A stretch of 26,487 nt of DNA, taken from assembly GCA_019241735.1 (NCBI GenBank), contig JAFAWN010000114.1, forward strand, positions 1 through 26,487. The letters are read 5' to 3'. Positions 18,348 to 26,487 of this stretch are shown in pieces. The DNA comes from Terriglobales bacterium. GTDB lineage: Bacteria; Acidobacteriota; Terriglobia; Terriglobales; Acidobacteriaceae. Position numbers and translations under genes: made by a program. The stretch's first letter is position 1; each line of letters opens with the position of its first letter. Below the pieces are notes generated by a model that did not search any database, was not told the origin of the DNA, and saw nothing but the letters and a program-made list of their open reading frames with translations.

Positions 18348-18728
18348 ATGACTTTACAGGTTTCAAGATACCTGCTGGGCACGGCCGCGTTGCTTTCGGC
18401 TTTGGGCGCCGCAATTCACGCAGGAGCGTTCAAGAAGGCCGCCTCTGCCATTGAAGCTTCTGACCTGCCCCGCTTTTACGCGTCGAGCTCGAAAGCCCTG
18501 TGGCTTGCTGACTCCGCCACCCTGCTTATTCTGGCGTTCATTTTTGGAGTGATTGCTGCACGGCCTTCTTTAGCCAGCGCGGGCCTGCTTTTTCTGCTGG
18601 CGCTCGTACCCGCTGCGACGGCGATCCTGATCTACACATTTGTCGGCAATTTTCCCGCCGCACATCTCCTGCTGACAATCGCGGTTCTTGTGTTTCTTGC
18701 AGCGCTTAAGTTTAAGGGCGCCGCCTAA
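18348..18728 (+). CDS. Small hypothetical membrane protein (about 4 TM, 126 aa)
   Basis: Hydrophobic helices, AAGGA RBS, 19 bp after the permease stop. Confidence 0.75.
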   Translation: MTLQVSRYLLGTAALLSALGAAIHAGAFKKAASAIEASDLPRFYASSSKALWLADSATLLILAFIFGVIAARPSLASAGLLFLLALVPAATAILIYTFVGNFPAAHLLLTIAVLVFLAALKFKGAA

Positions 18729-18827
18729 CCCGAGAGGCTGATTGGCGCGCTTGCTGGGAATTCATACTTCCGGAACATCCGCTGAAGTTCCGGGCAACCG
18801 CGGTCGCTGCTTCGGAGTCCAAGCCTA

Positions 18828-20438
18828 GTGTCCACACTCACGGTTGCATCCCGCCCGCGAAATCGCAAGAAATTGCAACATCGCAATCTCCCTTCTAGAA
18901 AAATCGCGATTTTCATCCTGATTTCGATTGCGGCGGTGGTTTGCGTCGGCATCCTCCTACTAAAGCTGTTTTGGCCATTTGAGCCGAAGTTGGTCATAGA
19001 AGCGCTCGGGGAAGCCGGGGACAGCCAGGTGCAAGCCCGTGGCTTCCACAAAACTTACTTTCCCCACCCCGGTTGCGTATTAGACGGGGTTGCGTTCATC
19101 CACGATAAGAATGCCGCACAACCGCTCATCTCGGTGGAAAAGCTGACCATCCAGAGCACGTATCTTTTAATTTTCGCCAAGCGCCTGAGTCTCATCCGGG
19201 CCGAGGGATTGAAGATATCGATCCCGCCATTTGGGACCAGTAAGCCTTTTCACGCGCGGCGCTCCACCATCGTGATCAGCGAGATGATCGGCGACGGAGC
19301 CATCCTTGAGTTCGCTTCGACGGATCCCAAGAAGGCGCCGCTTCGCTTCGACATTCATAAGGCATTGCTACGCGACGTGGGAGGGAGCCACGCGCTGAGC
19401 TACCGCCTAAAGTTGCACAATCCAGAGCCGCCGGGAGAGTTTGAAGCCACCGGCAAATTTGGCATGTGGAACGACAACGATCCGCCCTCGACTCCGATTT
19501 CCGGCCAATACACATTTGAGCGCGCAGATCTCAGTGTCTATGAGGGCATCGCCGGCTTACTCTCATCGAAAGGGAAATTTGATGGAAAGCTTGCGCACAT
19601 CGATATTTCGGGCGCAGTCGAGGTGCCCGATTTCGCGGTGAAATCCGGCGGTCACCCGGTGCGGTTGACGATGGATTACGGCGCTTACGTGAATGCGACC
19701 AATGGCGATACCTTCCTCAAGCGAGTGGACGCGCGCTTCGGCAAAACGCAGGTCACCAGTGAAGGCAGCATTGCGGCGTCTGACGGCAAGAAGGGGAAGA
19801 CGGCGAAGGTTCATTTCGCCTGCAACCACGGGCGCATCGAAGATATCCTGGGATTATTTGCCAGGCAGCGGGCGCCGATGTCGGGCGCGGTGACCCTGCA
19901 GGCGAATGCGGAATTGCCGCCCGGCGAACGCCCGTTCCTTGAAAAACTAAAGCTCAGCGGCGGCTTCGGAATTGCGGGAGGAAAGTTTTCCCATTCTTCG
20001 ACACAGGAGGACGTCAACAAACTGAGTGCCGGGGCGCGTGGAGAAAAAGTCGGAGACAAAGACGACAAAAATAAGCCTGACCCCGAAACCGTGCTTACCG
20101 ACCTCACCGGCGAGGTCTCGGTGGCGAACGGCGCCGCAACTTTTACCGACCTTTCATTCGGCGTGCCGGGCGCGTCGGCGCGCATGCATGGAACGTATGG
20201 CCTGATCAATCACAAGATCGATCTGCATGGACAACTACAGGTGGATTCCAAAATCTCAAACGCCAGCAGCGGGGCCAAATCGCTATTCTTAAAGATGATG
20301 GACCCATTCTTTAAGAAGAAAAGCAAGGGTGAGATTCTGCCGGTGCGAATTTCCGGCACCTATGAGAATCCCTCATTTGGATTAGATCCTAAAGATCGGA
20401 AGGCGAACGTCGCCCCGCCATCCCAGCCCAAACCGTAG
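18828..20438 (+). CDS. AsmA-like family protein (N-terminal membrane anchor, beta-rich body)
   Basis: Basic N-terminus plus one TM helix, then Gly-rich beta repeats and C-terminal LFLKMMDPFFKK...ILPVRISGTYENPSF typical of AsmA C-termini. GTG start is uncertain. Confidence 0.8.
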   Translation: MSTLTVASRPRNRKKLQHRNLPSRKIAIFILISIAAVVCVGILLLKLFWPFEPKLVIEALGEAGDSQVQARGFHKTYFPHPGCVLDGVAFIHDKNAAQPLISVEKLTIQSTYLLIFAKRLSLIRAEGLKISIPPFGTSKPFHARRSTIVISEMIGDGAILEFASTDPKKAPLRFDIHKALLRDVGGSHALSYRLKLHNPEPPGEFEATGKFGMWNDNDPPSTPISGQYTFERADLSVYEGIAGLLSSKGKFDGKLAHIDISGAVEVPDFAVKSGGHPVRLTMDYGAYVNATNGDTFLKRVDARFGKTQVTSEGSIAASDGKKGKTAKVHFACNHGRIEDILGLFARQRAPMSGAVTLQANAELPPGERPFLEKLKLSGGFGIAGGKFSHSSTQEDVNKLSAGARGEKVGDKDDKNKPDPETVLTDLTGEVSVANGAATFTDLSFGVPGASARMHGTYGLINHKIDLHGQLQVDSKISNASSGAKSLFLKMMDPFFKKKSKGEILPVRISGTYENPSFGLDPKDRKANVAPPSQPKP

Positions 20439-20467
20439 CTTAGCTTTCTCATAAACATTGCGGAGCT

Positions 20468-20476
20468 TGTGAATAA
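20468..20476 (-). promoter_or_regulatory. DnaA-box match (TTATTCACA)
   Basis: Plus strand reads TGTGAATAA, which fits the TT(A/T)TNCACA consensus. A single 9-mer could occur by chance. Confidence 0.45.
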
Positions 20477-20492
20477 TGTTCCACGTGGAACA
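20477..20492. other. parS: parS centromere-like site (TGTTCCACGTGGAACA)
   Basis: Perfect 16-bp palindrome matching the bacterial parS consensus TGTTNCACGTGNAACA, in an intergenic region. Confidence 0.9.
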
Positions 20493-20735
20493 CTGTACGG
20501 AAGTTTTGCGGCGCTTTTTCGTCATTTATATCTTATAGCTATCTAAATCTGCAAATGTTTCACCTCTGGAAAATTCACACCGCAAAAGTCCGTCTCCGAA
20601 AAGCGCTAGAATTACCACCCTTTCGGCTACTCCAGAAGAGTAGGTTTTCGGCGGTCGCCTGCGTAGTAAGCTCCCCTTAGTCCGCCACCCTGGCGCGATC
20701 CGACGCCACGGCTACACCTCCCCCGAAAGCTTGAA

Positions 20736-23700
20736 ATGACCACTCGCATGCGCAAACTCGCATTGTGCGCCGCCCTATTGTTGGCTGCATTGGGCAAGCC
20801 CAGTGCCGCCTCCACGACTTTTACCAGCACTGGTGGAACTCTTTTTATCCCCTCGGGCGCAAGTGGATCGAGGTCGGAGGTTTCGAGCGGCATTGCGGTC
20901 AGTGGATTAACTGGATCGTTGAGTCAAGTCACGGTCAGCCTCAACGGCTGGTCCGACCCGGACACTCTGAACCGCGAGTTGCTCCTGGCATCGCCGGAGG
21001 GAAGGTTCTTTGAGTTCTTGTCCGGTACCGGAGATTCCAGAGGCGTTTCCAATGTCACGCTGACGTTCGCCGACAACGGCGCGAATGGCTCGCCCCCGTT
21101 CTATTACCAGGGCGCGCCGGTGAATGGGGCGACATACGTTCCAAATGTAAATGCGTATTGCTCTGGCAGTTTCGAGGCGTGGCCTTATCCAGCAGGGACA
21201 TCCGTCGCCGATTGCGCTGTTTCGGGCGCTTACGCCCAAAGTCTGGGCGTTTCTTCAGGCGGAAACGCTACGTTCGCGTCTCAGTTTCCATCCCAGACCA
21301 AAGTCAACGGCATCTGGACGCTATACATTTACTCCCCCACCACTGACAGCCCAGCCACGCTGAATAGCTGGTCCATCACGCTGACCATGCAGCAAGCGCA
21401 GCAGAACACCAGCACCAGCGTATCTGCAAGCACCGGCGAAACCTTCGAAGGCAACAGCGTAACTTTAACCGCGACCGTCGCCGATGCAACCAACAGCGGG
21501 GCGGTGGTAAACGAAAGCACGGTAACGTTCAGCGACAACGGCAATGTAATTACCGGCTGCAGCGCGCAATCCGTTGTCGCGGGCAGCGCAACCTGCAAGA
21601 CATCGTTCGCGGTTGAAGGCGGCCACATCATTACCGCCCAATACAACGCAGATTCGAATTTCACCGCGAGCAGTGGCAGCGCGGCGGTTTTTATTGACCA
21701 CCCCACGAGCGGAGCGTCACCGGTCTTTTGCAATACTGGAACGATCACGCTGGGGAATTCCAACATTGCGCCGGAGGCGACTCCGTATCCGCAGCATATC
21801 TTTGTTAGCGGCGTGGGGCCCATTTCCGATGCTGCGCTGCAAATCAACCGGCTCAACGGCGACCCTTTCCCGGACCACTTGCGGTTTCTGCTGGTGGCCC
21901 CGAACGGAGCGTCTTTCGTGCCGCTGGCCGGAGCGGGCGGCGTGCATGGTTCCAGTAACGCGACCCTGATTCTGACCAACGCATCCAGCGCCGCGGTGCC
22001 CGACAATAATTCGGACACGCTTCCCGGGGGAACGTATGCCCCAACAGATCTGATTTCAAGCCTGGTCTTTCCATCGCCTGCGCCGCAGACGGGCTACAAC
22101 CTGCCCCCAGCACAGGGACTGGCTACATTTGCGACCAGCTTCGCGGGTCTACCCACGGCAGACGGAATGTGGAGCCTGTATGTGATGAACACAAATGGCG
22201 ATACGGGCGCGATCGGAGGCTATTGCCTGGCCTTCTCCACCGGCAGCCTTCCTACAACGCAAACCGCCATCAACGGGAGTCCCAGCCCCGGGGTGAAGGG
22301 GCAACCGGAGTCGATCACTGCAACGGTGACTAGCGCAGGGTCACCGGCAACGCAAGGGTCGGTCACGTTTGAAGAAAGCGGAACAGTGATCGCAGGTCCA
22401 ACCAGCGTGGACAACAATGGCCAGGCAAGTTTCCAAACATCGAGTCTCTCCGAAGGAATCCATAACATCACCGCGATGTACAGCGGGGTGACTGGATACT
22501 ACGGCGTCAGTTCGAGCAGCACGCAGGTGGAAATTGACACCGCGACGACCAATCCCGCCGCCGGTAAATACTGCAACCCAGGGGGAGTGAGTATCCCAGC
22601 GTCGGGCGGCGTCAATGGCATCAACGGCGCCATCAATTCGACGCCGTACCCTTCGCGCATCAATGTGACCAACATGGCGGGGACAGTCCAGTCTGTCGCT
22701 GTAACCTTGAACAACTTCAGCCACGCGTTGCCGGATGCTGCAATTCTTATGATCACTGACCCTCTGGGTCACAATCTTGTCTTTTGGGACGCTGCGGGCG
22801 GCAACGCTGTGGTGACGTCGCAGAACTTGATGATTGCGGATGCTGTGGGCCCGGGCAACCCGATACCCGCGGGCGTGACCTCCAACGGCTCGACCTATTA
22901 TCCGACAGCTAATCCGCAAAGCCCGGAAAGTTCTTTTGGCCCGCCGGCCCCGGCCGCGAATCAGTTGAGCTTCGCTCCTCCGTATGGCTCGGCGACATTC
23001 ACCACATCTTTTGCAAATGAAAATCCCGCGGGGTACTGGAGCCTGTTTCTGATCAACCGGGCTTCCGGGGCCCCAATGAGCGTTGGAAGCTGGTGCTTAA
23101 ATTTCACCGGAAACCCGCCCGCACTCAGCCTCGCCGCCACTCACACGGGTAACTTCACGCAAGGCGATAGCGCGGACATTTACACCATCACGGTGGCGAA
23201 CCCGAATGGTCCTGGAGCCACGGCCGGAAACTTGCAGCTGGTAGATACGCTCCCGAGCGGAATGACCGCGGTGTCGATCAGCGAGACCGCGAACACCAAC
23301 GGAGGTAATGGCTCGGACTGGACCTGCAATATCAGCTCTGCGAGCTGCACGCGAACAACCCCGATGCCGGTGGGCGAAAGCGACACCATCACCTTGCGTG
23401 TAGCCGTGGGATTCAATACGGCAAGTCAGGTTACAAACTCGGTGCAAGTCTCCGGGGGCGGGATCTCCGCGACGCAGATGGCAAATGATTCCACCACGGT
23501 CAATCAGAGCCCGGGCTATCTCCTGGCCACGAGTGTGAGCCCGTCCGGCGGTGGAACGGTCACTGCGAATCCGGGCAATAGCCCCGGCTTGTCCGCCGGA
23601 TATTACTCGCCCGGAGCAGTTGTAACGCTGACCGCGGTGCCGGCGACCGGCTATAGTTTTATCGGCTGGTCCTCGAATTCAGATCTTGCGGGCACCGGCA

Positions 23701-26487
23701 CTAATCCGATTACCATAACGATGAATTCAAATGTGGAAAGCGTGACGGCGAGTTTTTCCTCGGCCACAGTGGCGGTGACGATCAATACCTCGCCTTCGGG
23801 GCTGCAAGTGAGCGCAGACAACGGAGCCGCCTTGGCCGCGCCGTTGACTGGGAACTGGGTAATAGGCAGCCAGCACACGATTGCCACTGCCACCCCGCAG
23901 GGATCGAATGGCACACAGTACAACTTTACCGGCTGGTCCGATGGCGGCCCGATTTCCCATCAGGTGACCGCTGCGGCGGGAACCACTGGACCGGGCAACA
24001 ATGTATATGTGGGGCAGGTGGCCGCAGGCACCGGTGATGGATCCAGTTGCGCCAACGAAAAGGCGATCAACTATTTCAACACCGCGGGAAACTGGTCGGC
24101 ATCGCCCACCGGGATGCAGATCGGGCCGGACACCACCGTGCATCTGTGCGGAATTATCACCAGCGAACTCTACGCCAAGGGCGGCGGCTCAAGCGGGCAC
24201 CCGGCGATCATATTGTTTGAACCCGGGGCCAAAATTCAAATCAGCCCGGGCGCGGACGCCAATGGCGCATTAAATCTGGGGACAATTGGGTGGATAGTCG
24301 TGGACGGCGGCATCGGGAAGCCCTGTGGCTGGAACACCGCTACCAACGCCACCGAGGGGGCCTGCAACGGCCAGATAGAAAACATGCTCTATGGTTCACC
24401 CGGCGCGGCCTGTCCAGGCGGAACGTGTACTACGCAGGCAACATCGACCATAGGAAATCTGATTCAATCCAGCGGCGCTTCTAATATCGAAATCCGTAAC
24501 TTGGAAGTTGGGCCGTCGTATATCCATACCGCCACGACTAACGATGCCGCTGGGACACAGGGCATACTGTTATCGAACGGAAGCAACTTTAACGTCCACG
24601 ATAACAAGCTTCACGATGGAGCCTGGCACACCGTGCTCGCCTATACCAACGGGGGGACCCTTTCCAACTGGAAAATCAGCAATAACGAGTTTTATAACAA
24701 TGGGCACATGATGGCGGTGGGGGCGGCGGGCGCGTCCACCCTGAATGGTCTCACCATCACTGGTAATTATTGCCACGACATGTCGAACTGGGACACGGCG
24801 TCCGATTATTGGCACAACAACTGTCTCCACAGCTTTGGCGCCCAGGGATCAACGCTCAACAACTTTATCCTGGCCAACAACATAATGGCGGGGAACATGG
24901 GAAATGATGTCACCGCGCAGGCCTTCCTTGAGTCGCAAGGTTCTACCGGCACGAATTTTGCCATCTTTAATAACGTGATGACGGGGACTCCGGCGAATGG
25001 AAGGCTGTTCCTGCTCAATGTGTGCACCAGCGGATGCTACATCTATAACAACACCTTTGTGGGAAACAGCGTCACCAACGTAGCTTGCAGCTACTTCAGC
25101 ACCAGCCAGGGCCCCAGTGTTTCGGTTGCCGCTTTTGAAAATAATGTGATGTCGAATTGCTTTGCGTTAATTGACTCCGAGAAATCGAGTTTTGGGGCCA
25201 TCGATTACAACACCTACGGAATCCAGGGTTCGTTTGTGTGGAACGGCAACTTTCTTTCAGGTTTTGCGGGATGGCAAGCCAGCAGCGGCGGGGAAACACA
25301 CTCCACCAGTAATCCGGCGGGCATCAGCCTGAATGCGAACTTTATTCCTCAGAGTGGCTCGCCGGTAAAAAATGCAGCGGTGAATGTATGCGTAGTGAAT
25401 CCGTCTTTCTGCAGCAATTATCCCGCTATTAAGAATGATCTTTCCGGAACGCCGCGTCCCACGAGCGCGGCATGGGATGCAGGAGCCTATCAATTCGGCA
25501 GCAGTCCACAGGGCCAGCCACCGGCGGGCAGCGGGGGATCGAGTTTCACCGCGAACTTCAGCACTTCCTACCAGCTGACGACCGCAGCCACTCCGCCGAA
25601 CGGCGGGACGGTGACGCCAGCCTCGGGGAACTACTATGCGGCAGGAACCGTGGTGACTCTGACTGCGACCCCTGCCGCCGGATACGGCTTCACGGGATGG
25701 ACCGGGAACGTAGCCAACGCCAATTCTGCGTCCACGACGTTGACGCTTTCTGGAGGCCCGCAGAGTGTAACTGCCAATTTCAGCCCTGTTCCTTCAGCAA
25801 CAGTAGTGGATGCAGTGGCGGGGAGCACACACTTGCTGATCAGTGTGGACAACGGCCCGGCACAAACCGGCCCGCTAACCGAGGCGTGGGCGCCGGGCAG
25901 CCAGCACACCATTGCAGCGGTCTCGCCGCAGGGGGCGAATGGGACGCAATATATCTTCACCGGCTGGAGTGACGGCGGAGCCATTTCGCATGCTGTTACC
26001 ATCCCCAGCGGTAAAGCCGCTTACACGGCCAGCTTCAGCACTTCGTATTTGTTGACGGTTACCGCGAATCCGCCGGGTGGCGGCACGCTGTCGCCACCCT
26101 CCGGGAATTATTATCCCGCGAACTCCACCGTGAGCTTGAACGCGAACAATGTGAACCAGAACTATACCTTCAGCATGTGGACAGGCCCGGTGATGAATCC
26201 AACTTCCGGGTACACTTTGGTGACGATGTCAGGACCTCAATCTGTCACTGCGAACTTCAAGCCCAGCGGACCACCAGTGCTCAGTATCGCGCCGGCTAAT
26301 GCAAATTTCGGGAGCGTCAGCGTGAACACCTCGCATAGCATGTCGTTAACGCTTACTAATACCGGAACATCGGCGCTGAATCTGGGGAACATCTCGATTA
26401 CGGGAACCAATTCAAGCGCCTTTTCGCAGACTAATACCTGCTTCGGTGCTATCGCGCCATCCAACAGCTGCAACATGAACGTTACAT
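20736..26487 (+). CDS. Giant secreted surface/adhesin-like protein, 3'-truncated (>1900 aa). Order: signal peptide, 3 P-domain-like modules, 2 Big_3 Ig, DUF11-like domain, InlB-B/Flg_new-type repeats, right-handed beta-helix with choice-of-anchor-Q-like end, ASH/choice-of-anchor-D-like domain
   Basis: Translated by hand with no stop from ATG 20736 (alternative ATG 20748, MRKLALCAALLLAALGKPSAA) to the window end. Frame was checked at 22491, 23931, 25491 and 26484. It is missing from the ORF track because it has no stop in the window. Confidence 0.9.
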   Translation, partial: MTTRMRKLALCAALLLAALGKPSAASTTFTSTGGTLFIPSGASGSRSEVSSGIAVSGLTGSLSQVTVSLNGWSDPDTLNRELLLASPEGRFFEFLSGTGDSRGVSNVTLTFADNGANGSPPFYYQGAPVNGATYVPNVNAYCSGSFEAWPYPAGTSVADCAVSGAYAQSLGVSSGGNATFASQFPSQTKVNGIWTLYIYSPTTDSPATLNSWSITLTMQQAQQNTSTSVSASTGETFEGNSVTLTATVADATNSGAVVNESTVTFSDNGNVITGCSAQSVVAGSATCKTSFAVEGGHIITAQYNADSNFTASSGSAAVFIDHPTSGASPVFCNTGTITLGNSNIAPEATPYPQHIFVSGVGPISDAALQINRLNGDPFPDHLRFLLVAPNGASFVPLAGAGGVHGSSNATLILTNASSAAVPDNNSDTLPGGTYAPTDLISSLVFPSPAPQTGYNLPPAQGLATFATSFAGLPTADGMWSLYVMNTNGDTGAIGGYCLAFSTGSLPTTQTAINGSPSPGVKGQPESITATVTSAGSPATQGSVTFEESGTVIAGPTSVDNNGQASFQTSSLSEGIHNITAMYSGVTGYYGVSSSSTQVEIDTATTNPAAGKYCNPGGVSIPASGGVNGINGAINSTPYPSRINVTNMAGTVQSVAVTLNNFSHALPDAAILMITDPLGHNLVFWDAAGGNAVVTSQNLMIADAVGPGNPIPAGVTSNGSTYYPTANPQSPESSFGPPAPAANQLSFAPPYGSATFTTSFANENPAGYWSLFLINRASGAPMSVGSWCLNFTGNPPALSLAATHTGNFTQGDSADIYTITVANPNGPGATAGNLQLVDTLPSGMTAVSISETANTNGGNGSDWTCNISSASCTRTTPMPVGESDTITLRVAVGFNTASQVTNSVQVSGGGISATQMANDSTTVNQSPGYLLATSVSPSGGGTVTANPGNSPGLSAGYYSPGAVVTLTAVPATGYSFIGWSSNSDLAGTGTNPITITMNSNVESVTASFSSATVAVTINTSPSGLQVSADNGAALAAPLTGNWVIGSQHTIATATPQGSNGTQYNFTGWSDGGPISHQVTAAAGTTGPGNNVYVGQVAAGTGDGSSCANEKAINYFNTAGNWSASPTGMQIGPDTTVHLCGIITSELYAKGGGSSGHPAIILFEPGAKIQISPGADANGALNLGTIGWIVVDGGIGKPCGWNTATNATEGACNGQIENMLYGSPGAACPGGTCTTQATSTIGNLIQSSGASNIEIRNLEVGPSYIHTATTNDAAGTQGILLSNGSNFNVHDNKLHDGAWHTVLAYTNGGTLSNWKISNNEFYNNGHMMAVGAAGASTLNGLTITGNYCHDMSNWDTASDYWHNNCLHSFGAQGSTLNNFILANNIMAGNMGNDVTAQAFLESQGSTGTNFAIFNNVMTGTPANGRLFLLNVCTSGCYIYNNTFVGNSVTNVACSYFSTSQGPSVSVAAFENNVMSNCFALIDSEKSSFGAIDYNTYGIQGSFVWNGNFLSGFAGWQASSGGETHSTSNPAGISLNANFIPQSGSPVKNAAVNVCVVNPSFCSNYPAIKNDLSGTPRPTSAAWDAGAYQFGSSPQGQPPAGSGGSSFTANFSTSYQLTTAATPPNGGTVTPASGNYYAAGTVVTLTATPAAGYGFTGWTGNVANANSASTTLTLSGGPQSVTANFSPVPSATVVDAVAGSTHLLISVDNGPAQTGPLTEAWAPGSQHTIAAVSPQGANGTQYIFTGWSDGGAISHAVTIPSGKAAYTASFSTSYLLTVTANPPGGGTLSPPSGNYYPANSTVSLNANNVNQNYTFSMWTGPVMNPTSGYTLVTMSGPQSVTANFKPSGPPVLSIAPANANFGSVSVNTSHSMSLTLTNTGTSALNLGNISITGTNSSAFSQTNTCFGAIAPSNSCNMNVT
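23865..23960 (+). repeat. Internal coding repeat, copy 1 (GSQHTI..PQG.NGTQY.FTGWSDGG.ISH)
   Basis: Aligns ungapped over 96 bp / 32 codons with 25896-25991. Confidence 0.9.
25896..25991 (+). repeat. Internal coding repeat, copy 2
   Basis: Aligns with 23865-23960. Confidence 0.9.

Noticed and set aside
18770-18793. CCGGAAC-N10-GTTCCGG inverted repeat before the AsmA-like gene
   Set aside because: No U-tract for a terminator, and it does not match the GTTC-N7-GTTC LexA-type direct repeat. Function cannot be supported.
20556-20571. Second parS site
   Set aside because: Only the first 8 bp (TGTTTCAC) match; the right arm is degenerate.
20580-20735. c-di-GMP riboswitch in the adhesin leader
   Set aside because: Small hairpins exist (e.g. 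CTACT/AGTAG at 20627-20643), but the ordered GCAAA...GAAA...GACGCAAAG core is not present. An Rfam scan would settle it.
23982-25535. Intein or mobile element as the explanation for the in-frame insert
   Set aside because: No N-terminal Cys/Ser with C-terminal His-Asn, no Hint or homing-endonuclease motifs, and no terminal inverted repeats or transposase.
20627-26476. The many short ORFs listed over the last 6 kb
   Set aside because: All are alternative frames of the single giant plus-strand CDS.
1-26487. CRISPR array, rRNA, IS elements, known defence genes
   Set aside because: No regularly spaced repeats or diagnostic motifs were found.

Overview
26.5 kb of ordinary bacterial chromosome, probably Acidobacteriota (inferred from a 'WKEIA..L..SVRTVQRWE' HTH protein and the style of the secreted proteins). 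No CRISPR array, rRNA, transposase or integrase was seen. (1) 1-8643 is a general-stress/DNA-protection cluster: DUF72 (partial), a conserved hypothetical protein, an SDR, an HTH plus small CxxC protein pair, a YciF-like ferritin with a basic tail, catalase KatE, DUF763 ending in a beta-clamp-like QLSLF motif, and kinase-like DUF2252. It lies directly behind the 3' end of a tRNA-Val(CAC) gene. (2) 9-20.4 kb encodes a secreted S9 peptidase, a TolB-propeller/CehA-McbA metallohydrolase, an orphan Rieske oxygenase, a multi-pass diguanylate cyclase, an APC permease, a small membrane protein and an AsmA-like protein. (3) A perfect parS palindrome abuts a DnaA-box match at 20468-20492. (4) A secreted surface protein of more than 1900 aa starts at 20736, runs off the window and is absent from the ORF track. 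It carries a 518-aa beta-helix module inserted inside one of its own repeats. All family names come from motif recognition, not database searches.
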